From NCBI GenBank assembly GCA_029953675.1, contig JAMWBK010000001.1, forward strand, positions 2,170,001 through 2,234,000: 64,000 nt of DNA. Direction: 5' to 3'. The notes under the pieces are model-generated. The model was not told where the DNA came from. It saw nothing but the letters and a program-made list of their open reading frames with translations, and did no database searches. A program made the position numbers and the translations under genes. Every line of letters starts with the position of its first letter. Within the stretch, counting starts at the first letter, position 1. Shown one piece after another: positions 47,241 to 59,829 of the stretch. This DNA is from Rhodosorus marinus CCMP1338. Lineage: Eukaryota > Plantae > Rhodophyta.

Positions 47241-49049
47241 ATGGGATCTGTCGAGGATGGTACCGCAGATTTCGCGCCAGCGTTGGGTGGATCGAGGTCG
47301 GATCTGGGAGTAGGAGAACAGGATGTAGATGCGGCAGTGGTTCGCCAGGTGGAGTTTTACTTAAGTTGGAGAAATTTGCAAACGGACTACTATTTGAAAG
47401 ATAGAATGACGACGGACCATTGGGTTCAGCTTCAACTTATTGTCGACTTCCCGAAAATGCAGGCGTTTCGAATATCCAGCGTTGAAAATCTTGCACGAAT
47501 TCTACAAGAAAAGTCAGCGAAATTGGAGGTTAACCTTAGCACACTCCAGGTCCGGCCGATATTTCTGGTGCAGGATACAAAACGAAGCGTGTTGATTCTG
47601 CGAGATATAGAGAGCGGAACTTCTGAGCAGGAAATTCGCGACTTGTTCGACGGCGTCGAGAACTGCCCGCCAATATACTCCATAAAGCCGGAAGTCGCGA
47701 ATACTTGGTTCGTAACTTTTGATACAGAGGAAGGGGCGGTCCTGGCTTTTGAACTTACGAAGAAGTTGCACTTCAAGGATCAGCCTGTGAAGGCACGTGT
47801 TAAGAACACTTCGCGCGTCAACCCAAGGGCGGGCGCGAGCTATGTGGAGCCTGTTGCGTTGCCGGTTGGTGAGCTACCTCAGCCCGCAACCCCTACATAC
47901 TATGCTCCTCCTTATTATCAGAGAGGTGGGTTTTCAGGGCCTCTACCCCAGGATCCAGTGAGCGCACCAGCCGTGACCGGTGCAATCCCCATGGTTCAAC
48001 ACCAGAGAAGACCATCCCGTGGTGGACTTAGTCCACAGCCGAACCACAGGAGCTCACCTAGTTCGCAGACCCGAGGTCAAGGCCCTGCTGGTGGAGTCCC
48101 TGGGACAGTGGGCGGAGCGGAGAGGGGCACTTCAAGCCACAACATGAGGCAGAATCAGCGTTTGAGCAGACAAGCAAACGCATCGAAGGGAGGGCGCCCA
48201 AAAGGAAAAAGGAATCGCTTCCCTGATGGCGGAGAGAACAAGGGTTCCGATTCAGCAGCCGAGAAGCCGAAGCAGGACGTGAGCTTTACACCGATTAACT
48301 TTCCACCTCTCGGAAAAGAGGATACACCGCAGAACGAAGAGAAAGAGCCAACTGAGGCCAAGGATACCACGGAGGTTAAGGATACCACGAAGGTTAAGGA
48401 TACCACGGAGGTTAAGGATACCAGGGAGGTCAAGGAAGTCAAGGAAGTCAAGGAAGTCAAGGAGGTCAAGGATGTCAAGGATGTCAAAGAGGTCAAGGAG
48501 GTCAAGGAGGTCAAGGAGCCTGTGGTGAACGTCGTAAAGGAATCAGTAGATAAGTCTAGCACGTCTTCGGTGGATAAGGTTGCCAACGATGTCCCGGGAG
48601 CTGGGTCTGACGATGACAAAAGAGCAAGCAGGAGTAGTTCGGAATCGGGGGCGAATGGCAGTGCGAAGACCTATGCATCTATCCTCCTCGCTGCAAAAGC
48701 AGCGAAGCAACAAGTACCAGTGCAAGATAACCCATCAGGGACGCAAGCTCATGCGAGATCAAATGATGTGGCTAGTGCACAGAAAGAGAAAGAGAGTGTA
48801 ACCCCTACCCGAGATGCTCCTGATCCAATCAAGGAAAAGGAGGAACAGAAGCGCGAGACAGGCGGAACTAATAATCTTAATACTAATCGAGGCGTGCCCT
48901 CTGCAGGGGCATCTGGTGACTCTCCAGACGAGCATGGGGTTGCGGACGTGAAACTCGAGGTGACCGAAGAGGCCCGCCCTGTATCTGTTTGGAGCAACCT
49001 GCCCAGATCTGTACTTGAAGCCCCTTCATCCCAGGCGCAGACGCAGTAA
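47241..49049 (+). CDS. LARP4: La-related RNA-binding protein, LARP4-like (La motif + RRM, long disordered tail)
   Basis: RQVEFYLS..NLQTDYYL..M....V.L.LIVDFPKM (La motif); RSVLILRDI..GTSEQEIRDLF...NTWFVTFDTEEGA (LARP4-type RRM); NFPPL and TYASIL motifs. Confidence 0.85.
   Translation: MGSVEDGTADFAPALGGSRSDLGVGEQDVDAAVVRQVEFYLSWRNLQTDYYLKDRMTTDHWVQLQLIVDFPKMQAFRISSVENLARILQEKSAKLEVNLSTLQVRPIFLVQDTKRSVLILRDIESGTSEQEIRDLFDGVENCPPIYSIKPEVANTWFVTFDTEEGAVLAFELTKKLHFKDQPVKARVKNTSRVNPRAGASYVEPVALPVGELPQPATPTYYAPPYYQRGGFSGPLPQDPVSAPAVTGAIPMVQHQRRPSRGGLSPQPNHRSSPSSQTRGQGPAGGVPGTVGGAERGTSSHNMRQNQRLSRQANASKGGRPKGKRNRFPDGGENKGSDSAAEKPKQDVSFTPINFPPLGKEDTPQNEEKEPTEAKDTTEVKDTTKVKDTTEVKDTREVKEVKEVKEVKEVKDVKDVKEVKEVKEVKEPVVNVVKESVDKSSTSSVDKVANDVPGAGSDDDKRASRSSSESGANGSAKTYASILLAAKAAKQQVPVQDNPSGTQAHARSNDVASAQKEKESVTPTRDAPDPIKEKEEQKRETGGTNNLNTNRGVPSAGASGDSPDEHGVADVKLEVTEEARPVSVWSNLPRSVLEAPSSQAQTQ
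48354..48518 (+). repeat. Coding minisatellite: 18-bp (EVKDTT) units grading into 9-bp (EVK/DVK) units
   Basis: Directly visible within the LARP ORF. Confidence 0.95.
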
Positions 49050-50468
49050 CGCCGAAGCTACGATGACTTCCTGGCCGCAATCAAACTTGGAGTGGGTTGC
49101 TAATTGTTTCCTGCGCCGAGTGCACTCCTGTTGTATCAGCTGGCGAGCGAACTGTTCCCGTAGCTCCGTGTTTTCCTGGAAGCGAGCATTAAGGCTAAGC
49201 ACGAATTGTGTCATGGGTTTTGGGAAGGGGGGGAGGTGGTGTGGGGGGAGGGGGAGGGGGATGGGGTGGGGTGGGGTGGGGGGAAGGGGAGTTACCTATA
49301 GCCGACCTCGTTCAATTGAGCACTTTCGTATATATAGAGCAGTTTTGGTTTGTAATTTTTTGGTTGGCTGCGTTACCACGGTACGTGTGCTTTTTGAGAG
49401 CTTGCCGTGTGGAAAGGTCTACCGTAGAGCTGAATCGAGTGTAGTGACGTGAAATGCAGGCAGCCGTTCTGCGAACGGGACCGGAACGGTTGATCACTGC
49501 TGCTGTCTTGTGGATGAAAATCGGTTGGCGAAGCGATCTTGAGGTTCGCACGTGGATAACCGAGCAAGGAAGCATGAATTATGTGTCTTTAACAGTGACA
49601 ATGATTTGCTGTGGGTAGCATCTCTCGCAGGGTGGATAGATAAGCGAAAAAGCAAGGCTGAGAGGGGTGCAAACGAGAGGAGAAATGAAACATTTAGAGT
49701 GAGCCGCAAAACGGAAGGCCCCTGCCGCCGGGACAAGGTTAGCAGACAACTGTGCGGCTGGTGATGAAAAACCATTGGGGAGAACTGGAAATATTGTCAT
49801 GAGGTCTGAATCAATACCTCATATGGTTTTTGGGAACAGACAAGAGCACGTGTATAGAAGCCTGAGTGATGTGCTATCAACTAGCAGCGATGAACTTGAG
49901 GCTGGAGCACTTGTACAATGGGATGCGAGAATGGGTGGTTGTCGATTTGGTTGTCTTACATGGATATCAATGTTTTGTGTAGCTAGTTATCCTGTCTTTG
50001 GTCTTGATTTTTGAGCCTTGATTTTACAACCTACTTCACATGTCGCAGACCGGGTCGGAGAATCTAACTACCAGGAAAACAACAAGAATAAGATGATTGT
50101 TTTGAAAAGGTCAATTTAGCCAAGTCTACCAAGCTTGCCAAGCAAAATGTTAGGAGAACAGCACACAGGTCTGGACTTTTAAGAAACCAAGATATAGACA
50201 GTCCAGTACTTATCCAGAGAGATACAAACCCAAGTACAGAAGTTAGAACCTTAAGAGTTCCTTGTGACCAAACTGACCAGAACTTCCGTCACGAAAAACC
50301 CCCAAAACGAGCACTCCAGGATGTGGACACCGTCGGCGCCATAAAACCCTTTCCCGCACAGAACGCTGTGGAGAGTATTGGTGCAACGTTAAGGGGTTGT
50401 TGTCGTTCTTAAGCCTGTGCTTTTTCGGCTCGTTAGGAGCGGAAGAGATTGAAAGTATGGAATCCAAA

Positions 50469-51875
50469 ATGATCTCGGCGCGGAGGAGAGTGAAAGGTGA
50501 GTAGGGATTTATCGCTTGCTCGCAAGTCGGTGTCCAGATGGGTTGACCTGTTTGCTCCCGGGTTTTTCATGTTAAGGTACGGGGCATAAGGCGGTTCAGA
50601 ACATGAAGCCGGGGAGCGCGAAATCTAAGGCTCCAAACAGAGGTAAGCTATTTCACTCTCCGCTCAGTCGCTTGAGAGCTTGTCTTGTGTTGATACAGTG
50701 TTTGCTCGAATTCGAACAGGGCAGAAGCCCGATGCTGGCAGCGGGAAGATTGCGAAGAGAGTCCGAGGTGATTCGTTTTTCGATTCGCTTCTACGCAAAA
50801 TTTCTCATGCTTCAGCGCTTTATCTCAGTCTAAACTTTAGCCCTTGTTGTGTCTCGGTCAGAGGGGGAATCCGCGAAGAAAACGAAATCGAAGACGGCAG
50901 GCATAGTCACCGCAAAGAAGAAGGCGACTGGAGCGCCGGAAGGCGAGTGGTTTTCACTTGCTTTTCTGAGTTTGTAATATCTATCTCATCTTGTTGAGTT
51001 CCTTCATCTTATCAATTTAGGAAAGAAGAAGAGGGCTAAGAGATATACTGAAGTTGAGAAACTGGAATCGGGTGACCTCATTGACGATGGAGAGGACGTT
51101 GACTTCGTTCCAGATGATGTCCCTGTGAAGGAGGAACCAGAAAAGAAAAAGAAAAAGAAGAGTAAAAGATCGAAGCGAGAGCAGATAGAGCAAGAGGAAG
51201 ACACGGCGCAGGGGCCGGCAGTTATCTATGTTGGGCACATTCCACACGGATTCTATGAAGATCAGATGAAGGAGTACTTCTCGCAGTACGGCAAAGTACG
51301 TTTGGGACCTTTGGTTTTTTTTTTTTCGTTGCTTTTTGTTGCTTGAGGCTCGTCAGGCGGGTGCTGAGCACTTGCCGTGCTTTCGTGTGCTAGGTTGAGA
51401 GAGTCAAATTGTCACGCTCAAAAAGGACCGGCAGAAGTAAGGGCTATGGTTTCATCGAGTTCGAGTCCAATTCCGTGGCGAGCATTGCAGCTCAGAGTAT
51501 GAACGGGTACCTAATGTTCGGACAGGTGCTCGACGTTCATGTGGTTGAGCCTGAAAAGGTAGAGGCAAATTTTGGTCGCTCGTAATCCATTTAGGCGTAG
51601 TTGACCGAGCCGCTGTTGTTCCCGCTTCGCCTGTCCAGGTCCATGCGGAGCTTTTCAAGGGAACCTCAAGAGTCTTTCGCACCGTTCCCTGGCGAGTAAT
51701 CGATAGGAAAAGGAGAAACAAAGTTCGATCGGATGCAGACTTGCAGCGGATACAGAAGAAACTTACGACGAAGGAGCGCAAGCGGCGTGAGAAGTTGACA
51801 AGTTTGGGCATTGACTACGACTTTCCTGGCTATGAAGCAGAGGCTAAAAAAGCGGAGAAACAGACGAAAAAGTGA
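50469..51875 (+). CDS. NOP15: Nucleolar RRM protein NOP15/NIFK, multi-exon; 5' exons tentative
   Basis: VIYVGHIPHGFYEDQMKEYFSQYG|K...LSRSKRTGRSKGYGFIEFE..VA.IAAQSMNGYLMFG..L.V, VHAELFK, LGIDYDFP. Confidence 0.92.
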
Positions 51876-52204
51876 TTCTGCGGTCCCCAAATCATGCAAT
51901 TCTTTGTGCAGGGTGGACACTTGCCTCCGCAGAGAGTCTGTGAATGCCAGCCGCGTTTCTCTTGAGTTCTGATTGATACGGACTGACATAGAGGGACGAG
52001 ATGGATCCGAGGGGACGTTTGTACGCCAAAGAGATCCCTCGCTCGGAATTTAGTTCTGTTCGACACCTACAGGGCGTTTTTGGGCACATGTAACGAATCA
52101 TTTCTCCTATTCTACCAAGCATGTCTTGTTGTGTTTTTCTTTTTGGTTTGTTGTCGTTAACTTTAAAAAATTCTTCACTAGTCTTACAAACACAAGTTTT
52201 ATCT

Positions 52205-55026
52205 CTATGCACCAGCCTTGACCCATTCCTCAACGCCATTTTCAATCTCCTCGTCCCTGAAGAGAATCGTTCTGAGAAAAGCAGCCTTATCGCATGGTGG
52301 GAGGAGACACAAATCCCTAGCCGAGATCTCCGACTCTTCACAGCCGGTCATGTCCCTGGCGCAGCGCCAAAACGTTGGGAATCCTTGCCTCCCTTTCTCC
52401 CAGTAGAATGGGGCAAGGTCTCCCGTGCTAAGTGCCCCGTCGAAGTCCGAGTCCAGAGCCTTGAAGAAGTAGTTCATCGCGGACACAGTTGAGGGATCCT
52501 CGCAGGCGAGGAAGAGTCTCGCGTACTCGCCAATACTCATTCTGCCCTTGCCATGTCCACAATAAGTTTTGAAAACAGCATGCAACGCCGCACTTGTCAA
52601 GGGACATCCGGATTGACCACAGCGCACCATAATCTTCTCCGTAGTATACGGGGTCCCCTTGTCATCAATAAATATGGACGCCTTTCGAAAGCCGTTCATG
52701 ATCCTTTCCAGGTTCTCATTCTTCAGACTTTGCATGACTCCGCTATAGACATTTGCCTCAGCCGCGACTATCGACGAGCAGATCTGAACGGGTTAGTCGA
52801 TTACACAATGAGGGTCAGCGTTGATTCACGGGCTAGCAATCACCAGCCTCCACGATGTGAACCAAGGAACTTACCTGTGCCTTTTTCGCTTCGCTCAGGG
52901 TATAGCCTTCAAGCTTTCCGTTCACACTGTAGCTCAGAACCGCGGATAGTAGCTCTGTTTTGAAATTGGATCCGAATAGGTTTTTCTCCTGCAATTGTGC
53001 CAGAACCAAGTTTAAAGCTGATATTCGAACTCTGCTTTCACCCTTCCTCCTGAGTATATTGAAAAACCGCGCTTCGATCTGTGCGTTCTGAATATTAGAT
53101 CTCCAAAACTTGTCAAACTCCTCCACTCCAACTTCGGACTCGTTGACGTCATCTCTAGACTGCCATCCACGCACGCTCCTGAAAAACGCTTCAGATACGG
53201 ATGCCGGCAGCCCACATATGGACGCAATGGGTTGGAAATCGGCCAACTTCACGGAACCTCCATTCCGCTGGAAGATCATCTGAAGAGCGGGCTCTTCCAG
53301 ATGGCATCTACCCAATCGACTCAAGTTTTGATTCAGATATCTATTCCTTATCGTTTCAAAGTTAATCTCTCGTCCCCTCTTTGGGGCTGCCAATCGTGAG
53401 CCACGACGTTGGGCTGCCCCATTCTCTATCCACGAGACGGGCTCATCGCGAGATCGATATTTGGCTGCCAAGTTTCTCACGACCAACGGGCACACTCCGC
53501 TCAACGGCTCGCGCAGGAACAGGTTCGCCCCATGCCTCAGGCAGGATCCAGCAGATTCGGCGTCAGACGAAGATCCAACCACAACAATCGGGATGCTGCT
53601 ATTCAAAGCCCTCACTTCTCTGACAGTCTCAAGATCCGTCGCTTGGACAAGCACGACGTCCATTCCACAGGCTTGATTCAAGTCTACGCGAATATGATGA
53701 GAACGATTTCTTGCGCTTAGCGGATTTGAACAGTTATTTCTTTAAAACGATTGTTCGGTCTTACCAGTTTCGCTTTTCTGCAGAATACGAACTACACTCA
53801 GCTCTGCATCATAGTTCAGCAGCGCCTCAGCATTTATTCCGAAGCTCGTGCGAAGCCACAACAGAGCTACGCGGTAACGAATTTCCTCACTCTGAGACAA
53901 GGAAGGCCCGCCATCAGTCAGACAGACAAGAACCATGTACACTGCAAGTCAAAGGTAGTGCACAACCTACAGATCTTATTCTTCTCAATGACCGGTTCAC
54001 CCTGTCCTCAATCCAGTTTACATGAACACTTCTTCTTCGAAACGCAGGTGGTAGTAGGTCTGGCGCATGTAGGTGCGTTCTGTACTTCGCCACCAGCTTC
54101 GCAGTAGCTGGGTATGTAAACGTGCTCAAAGTATGGCACTCAAGAAGTGGCGTGACATCCAGAAAACCGTTCAGTTCGTTACCGTTCAGTTCGTTTCCGC
54201 TCAGTCTCAGGGACTTCAACAATTTGCACCTGATCGTGGAAGCAAGAATCCTTCAGCCGCGGACACCCCAATTCTGCTTTCTCAATTGGTGCGCTTACTT
54301 CCTCAGCGGCTCCAGCTCCAATGAGAACGTGTCAATCGCGTTGTTCTCCAGATACAACGAGCGAAAGGACGAACATTCTGACAGAGGCGAAAGGTCAATC
54401 TCACCAATGCGATTGTTGTGCAACCAAAGCTTTTCCAGCTTTGAACATCTCGCGAGTGGTTCCAAATGGATAGAAGCGAGTTGGTTCCCGTTCAGACAAA
54501 GCGTTTCCAACTCGGCGCAGAGCGACAGAGCGCTTAAGTCAATCTCCGTTAGCAGATTTGCGGCCAGCGATATACTCTTCAGGGACATAGGGCAGATCGT
54601 TGCCAGGCAATCCAGAGAGATATGCCGTATGGGGAGATTACTTATGCACAGAGATTCATCATGCCGGTGTACAGATACAGGGTCAATATCCTCATTATCA
54701 GTTTCAACATAAATGAAAACGTTGTCGAAATCTGCGCTTCTCAACGAGCACATAGACACAGACCCTGGCCAATAAAAACCAAACGGAGAAGCAAGAAAGC
54801 GAAACAAGAAAAACAAACAAAAACAAAAAAAAACCACCGCTCGTTAGTCCAATGTCAGACCCCCCTCCATTTCACATAAACTTGCCATTCAAATGATCTA
54901 GGGCGAACACAAAGCCAAACTCAGACACGCAATTATGAACAATATCTCACCCTTCAACCCAAAGTGCTCCTCAAACATATGCGGTGGGAGGCCCTCCCTC
55001 TCGAAAGACACTTCAAGCTCCACCAT
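52205..55026 (-). CDS. 771-aa LRR + pseudo-receiver + PP2A B''-like EF-hand fusion protein, 6 exons (55026-54951, 54764-54299, 54229-53971, 53891-53765, 53683-52875, 52783-52205)
   Basis: All five GT-AG introns splice in frame (2316 nt in total). LRRs LKSISLAANLLTEIDLSAL / LEKLWLHNNRIGEIDLSPL; REC-like MDVVLVQ..IPIVVVG..CLRHGANLFLREPL; B''-like GRMSIGEYARLFLACEDPSTVSAMNYFFKALDSDFDGALS. Confidence 0.8.
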
Positions 55027-57472
55027 GATCGAGCTCGCGCTTGACAATCTACAAACTACCACAGACCACAATTCCCATCCTCCAAAACTCCTTCGTCTTC
55101 TGTCTCTCTCAGGCCGTTCCTCATCACAAACAAACACGACATCAAAAAATCCAAATCCAAATCCAGATCCGTCCTCTCTACCCAATCCTTCTCACTCCAT
55201 CTTCCCCCTCTCTCCCTCTCCAAAAAATCTAACAACTACCTCATCTTGTTCCCTTCCACCCAGCCCAACTCAACTACATTGCTTAAGATTCCCGGCGCAC
55301 CCTTACTCTCCAGTTGCTCAATACGACCATTGCGTGTTTATATACATTACGCCTCTTTAGTGTCTTACGTCAACACATTGGAACACCCCCTTGAGAAATA
55401 CAACTCTGCACACGAAAACTAAATGTTTTATATTAAAAACGCAGAAAAAACCAAACCCCGAAAAAAAAAATCCCAAGATGATTGCAGGCCTATAAATCAA
55501 TATTGCGACCCTTCCAATACCATCCTAGTCCCCCCTTTCAACAGTAGTCTTAAATGACTATTATTTTAAAAAACGAAGTAAAAATGGATATTTGTCTGTG
55601 AACAAAAGAATTTGTAGTGGGGGGGAAAGGTGGGAAGTTGTGTCCTAAGAAACTACTCGTCCCCTTAAGAGGCGTACTGGAGAAAATGAAAATAAATGAG
55701 AAACTCGGAAAGCCTTCAGATATTTAGTGGAAAATCCTAGAATATTTAAATACTTATTGATTTATCCGATAGATCGTCGATGATTGGATAAATATCTGCC
55801 TTCTTTGGCCCGTTGCTTTGTTTAGTGATATTTGCATTCCGAGCAAAGAGAGAAAGGGTGAAATGTGGTTAACGGGTTTTCAGTTTTGCAGTATATAGAA
55901 AAGAAGAACTATTTGGTACTATTTCGAAACAAAAGATGTTGCTCCTTCCCCCCCCTTCCTCCAACCTTCGCGCTTGCTCTTAGTCCCATATTGGATTCCT
56001 TCAAATCTTCCCCTTTTTCGTATTATTTTGTGGCATTTTCAGAAAATATCTTTTAAAAGGAATCGCTACCGGTATCTGGGGACCGCCCCCTCGCACTCAA
56101 TGTTCCCTGCCAAAAAAAAATTTGGCCCGGAGAATAATTTCATGAAAGGAAATATTTTAGATTTGGGCCTCAACTCACGATTTCAATCGAAACAAGACGC
56201 GGTGATGATTGGATGATCAAGTTTAGAATCTTTTTCAGCTAAAACGTGTTCCGTAAAAGAAAAAACAACAAGTGAAAATCTTTATAATTTTGTAGCCAAC
56301 AATAACTTCCGTAAATAAATGGATAAATGGATAAATGAGTGGATAACCGGCTATTCGCTCGGTTTTCTGAGGAAGAGGAGTGCAGGTAACGATCGTTCTA
56401 ATTTATTTCTTATTTTTCCGGGGGATGTCCCGCAAAAGGTTACTTCATGACGGGACGCACGGTTTGGCGGTAATAACTATTGATCACGGGGCTGTGGTAG
56501 GACAATGAAATGAATGTGAGTCGATTGATGGGGTCTGTCTGCTATAGTAAGAGAGCAACCACGGTACATCTACTTTATTTTGTTGATTGAGCGTTGTGCA
56601 TGCGAGCAGCTATTGATGAATTTCTGTTTACTTCGGGAGTTGGTGGTTGCGTTGCTGACGTTAGGACAGCATGTCCCATGGTGCCGACGTACCGCCGTAA
56701 TAAACTGAGCGGAGAAGGCGGCCGGATGACTATCGCACACCTGTGCTTCTCGGCTGTTGATGAACGCGCTGCTGTGCTTCGCTGGTTTCTTGTCCATGAA
56801 CGCGGAGTTTCAATGTGTGTCTAGTAAAATTTTCGATGGAACGTTCCTGAACAAAAGACGTACACAAGTCCTTTTTGCTTACAGGCTGGCTTAGTGCCTG
56901 TGGGCAAGGACCGTCTCGTATGTATGTGGCAGTTCTTGAAGTGGTGCTCGATTTCTAGGCTGTGGTCGCTCTTCGCCGAAAGCTGCACAAGGTAGTCCAA
57001 GCGGCAGAGAAGACCACCCGGCGACCAGGCCGCGGTAGCGAAAAACCCAAATACATAGGAGCTCTGCTATCCACTTGTCATGAAGGGTGCAAACCCACTA
57101 GTCCTGTTAAGCGTGCTCAATTGAGGCAGATTTTGCGCATCGGATTCCCGATTGGTCTTTTCTGATGACATCCCAACAGAGCTCGTCGGTCTCCGTTGTT
57201 CAGCTGCTGAGCTTGTTTACTGTCGCGCAGTCAAGTAGGAAACAGGCGAAAGTCGTCCTCATTCTGTTGAAACGTGGGAGTCTGTGATCCCAAGCAGACC
57301 CACGGTCGTGAGCAGCCCGACTCTGGAGCGAGTGCTGCCATGTCGAGCAGAACAACGAAGAGTCCACAGCTCGTGAGGATCCACGGAAACCTCAAATACC
57401 TGCGTCTAGGAAACAAACCGTACACGTACGACTTGTTCCCCTCGTATTCTTCATTCTCACAAAAAATTCTCC

Positions 57473-58891
57473 TCAGGACGACACAGCTCGCGCAGCGATC
57501 AGCGTAATGTCATCCAATTTGCCGCCGAGTGTGGAATACCCGTACTTGCTAGCGTTCATCGCAAACGGAGACCAATACCTACCCGAGACAGAGAGAAGGG
57601 GGATGTCTTCGATTAGGGACGGATTCGAGCCCTCCAGTTGGGTTCCAGACACCGCGAAACGCGAGGCCCCCTCAGCAGCCAAGAGCATTGAGACAGGGTC
57701 CAGCTTCTCCCTAGACGAAGAAATGGTCTTGCAAATGCTTCCTAGAAGGCGCGCACAACCTACTTCTCCTCAACGGCCAAAGTCTGTGCTCTAATCGATA
57801 GTGTATCGGCAATTGCTTTCAACGCATCTCGTCCTTTAAACCATACGAGTTGCGTTTGTTAGAGAATAACGAAGCAGTTCCTTACCAGCCTCCGGGTTTG
57901 CTGAGGACAGTCTACGACTAAAGGCAGCTCACTTACCTGATTTCTCCTTATCAAGATCCTTCACAATCTGCTCCAACTCTATATCGTGTAGGTTATCCAG
58001 AAGCCCGTCCGTTGCCAAGATCAAATAGTCACCGCTCTGAACTGGAATCTCACCGGCTCTGTTGTGTAGCGAGCAAAGGGACAAGTCCAAACAATCAGAC
58101 AAGAACTGGAAAATCTCACGAGGACAATGAAGTGATCGCTGGCAGACATTCCGTCTTTGACCTTATCTTCATACGTCGAACCGAGTTGGAATGGGCAGTT
58201 GAAGTAGTGCTGTTGGTCGGGAGTTTTGAAGTAAATCCCTTGAGAAGGCCTGATTGCGATCAGACCTGCGAAAGAGCAGAATTTTCTCAAGCTTATCAGG
58301 AAGTGACGAGAGAAAACGCGACTTGATCTGGTCCAAAACAATGTACCTGAATCGCCCACGTTCAAAAGCGCTATTTTGCCACCGGGAAGAATGCTTGCAA
58401 TACACGCGGTTGTTGACCCCTGCAGGTCATTGTTTTTATGTGCATGGTCGAGGGCTTCCGCAAGATCCTTTCCTTCTTTGATCTGTTGCGAAACAAGAAC
58501 ACCAGTTACTCAGTCAGGACTCATTGGAAAACCGTCGAGGTGCAAACTTCTTAGTTACCTGTTCTTCCGTCAGCTTTGAAAGTTTTCGAGAGTAGAGACC
58601 CGGGTCGATTCCTTGCGACGCCCATCCACCGACTCCGTCGAACACCCCCATCGCCGTTTCCAGCACAAAGAACGCATCTTCACCTCCTTTCTCGAGCTTC
58701 TCAGGATGTGGCAGGTTGCTCACCGCTGTCTCAAGTTTCCAACTCTTCGCAGCCGGAGGCGTAGATTCATATTCAGCTGTAGACGCAGTCACCAGCAAGC
58801 GCCTCGGCTGAATCGCCGCCCGGTGCTTAGGGGCTCCCCCATAACCGGACAATCGGAGCAATCCACAACCAGCAAATCCCAACGCCCGCAT
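57473..58891 (-). CDS. PPTC7: PTC7-type PP2C phosphatase with probable organellar (plastid) transit peptide, multi-exon
   Basis: PHPEKLEKGGEDAFFV...GVFDGVGGWASQGIDPGLYSR, NVGDSG, QQHYFNCPFQL, LATDGLLDN, SPFA..A...GGKLDDIT. Confidence 0.93.
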
Positions 58892-59829
58892 ATTTCTTCC
58901 GTTTTATACAGGATAGTTATCTTATATAGCTGTTGTGAATCCTAAAATAGCTCTATAGCTCTCTTTCCAACTAGAAACCCTTCAACGACGACGAGACCTC
59001 CCCAGTCAAGCCGCTTGCATCAAATCTCGAAGAGCGAGATGGACCTACTAGCCTCAACTGAATTTTCAACAATCCCGCCGATCTAAAGCCAAGGCAAATT
59101 TTAGAACAAGAGCTTCCAAATATTGGAAGTTTTCGTTCTATATCAGGATCTGATGCTTAAATAATTTTTAGTAATCTTCACATTTGGATGCTTGATGGTT
59201 CAAATTTTGAATAAACATTCTTATTTGGGGATTGGGAGTTCGTGAAACCTATAGGCGCGAGGGGGAGCTGTTACCTAGGGAAGTCTTAGATGTTTACACA
59301 GCACCTCTAGTGTTGTACAAGGAAAAACCGCAGTCGACACTTTTTGACTGGATTTTGAAGTACCCACCCGCAACCTTCCCCCGCCGCTTGGCCGAGGCCG
59401 CGCAAAAGGCTTTTGGATGAGTATTGGGGCGTTGAAAGATCAGAGTCGCGATTTAAGAACTCGACCAAGAGAAATTCTAATGGAAATCTTACTAATTGTC
59501 CTATCGTAGCTATCGCAAGCTTTCCTGGTTTAACCCACAAGTTCTCGCCCTTTTCAGCTGCTGTGGACATCCTAAACGAGTTAACTTTTCACGCCACTTG
59601 GCGAAGAGAGAGCGCGGCGTCGGGTCCAGATTTGACGACGTCAGTTGGGCGCAAGGTGTAGGCAAAGTTTTGAGACTTTTGAAAGCCTTTCAAAATCCCA
59701 ACGTCTCAGCTGCACTTGGCAGCGGCGACCTGCCGCCAATCCTTTTGTCCAGGTAGGAGCATAGAAAAGCAGTCGCAGGCAGTTAGCGTCAATGGATTTT
59801 CTCAACTATGCCGGGTGTGCCCTTTCAGG

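Noticed and set aside
52205-58891. Functional cluster of phosphatase genes (B''-like fusion and PP2C)
   Set aside because: They belong to unrelated phosphatase systems and probably different compartments; proximity in a gene-dense eukaryotic genome is most likely chance.
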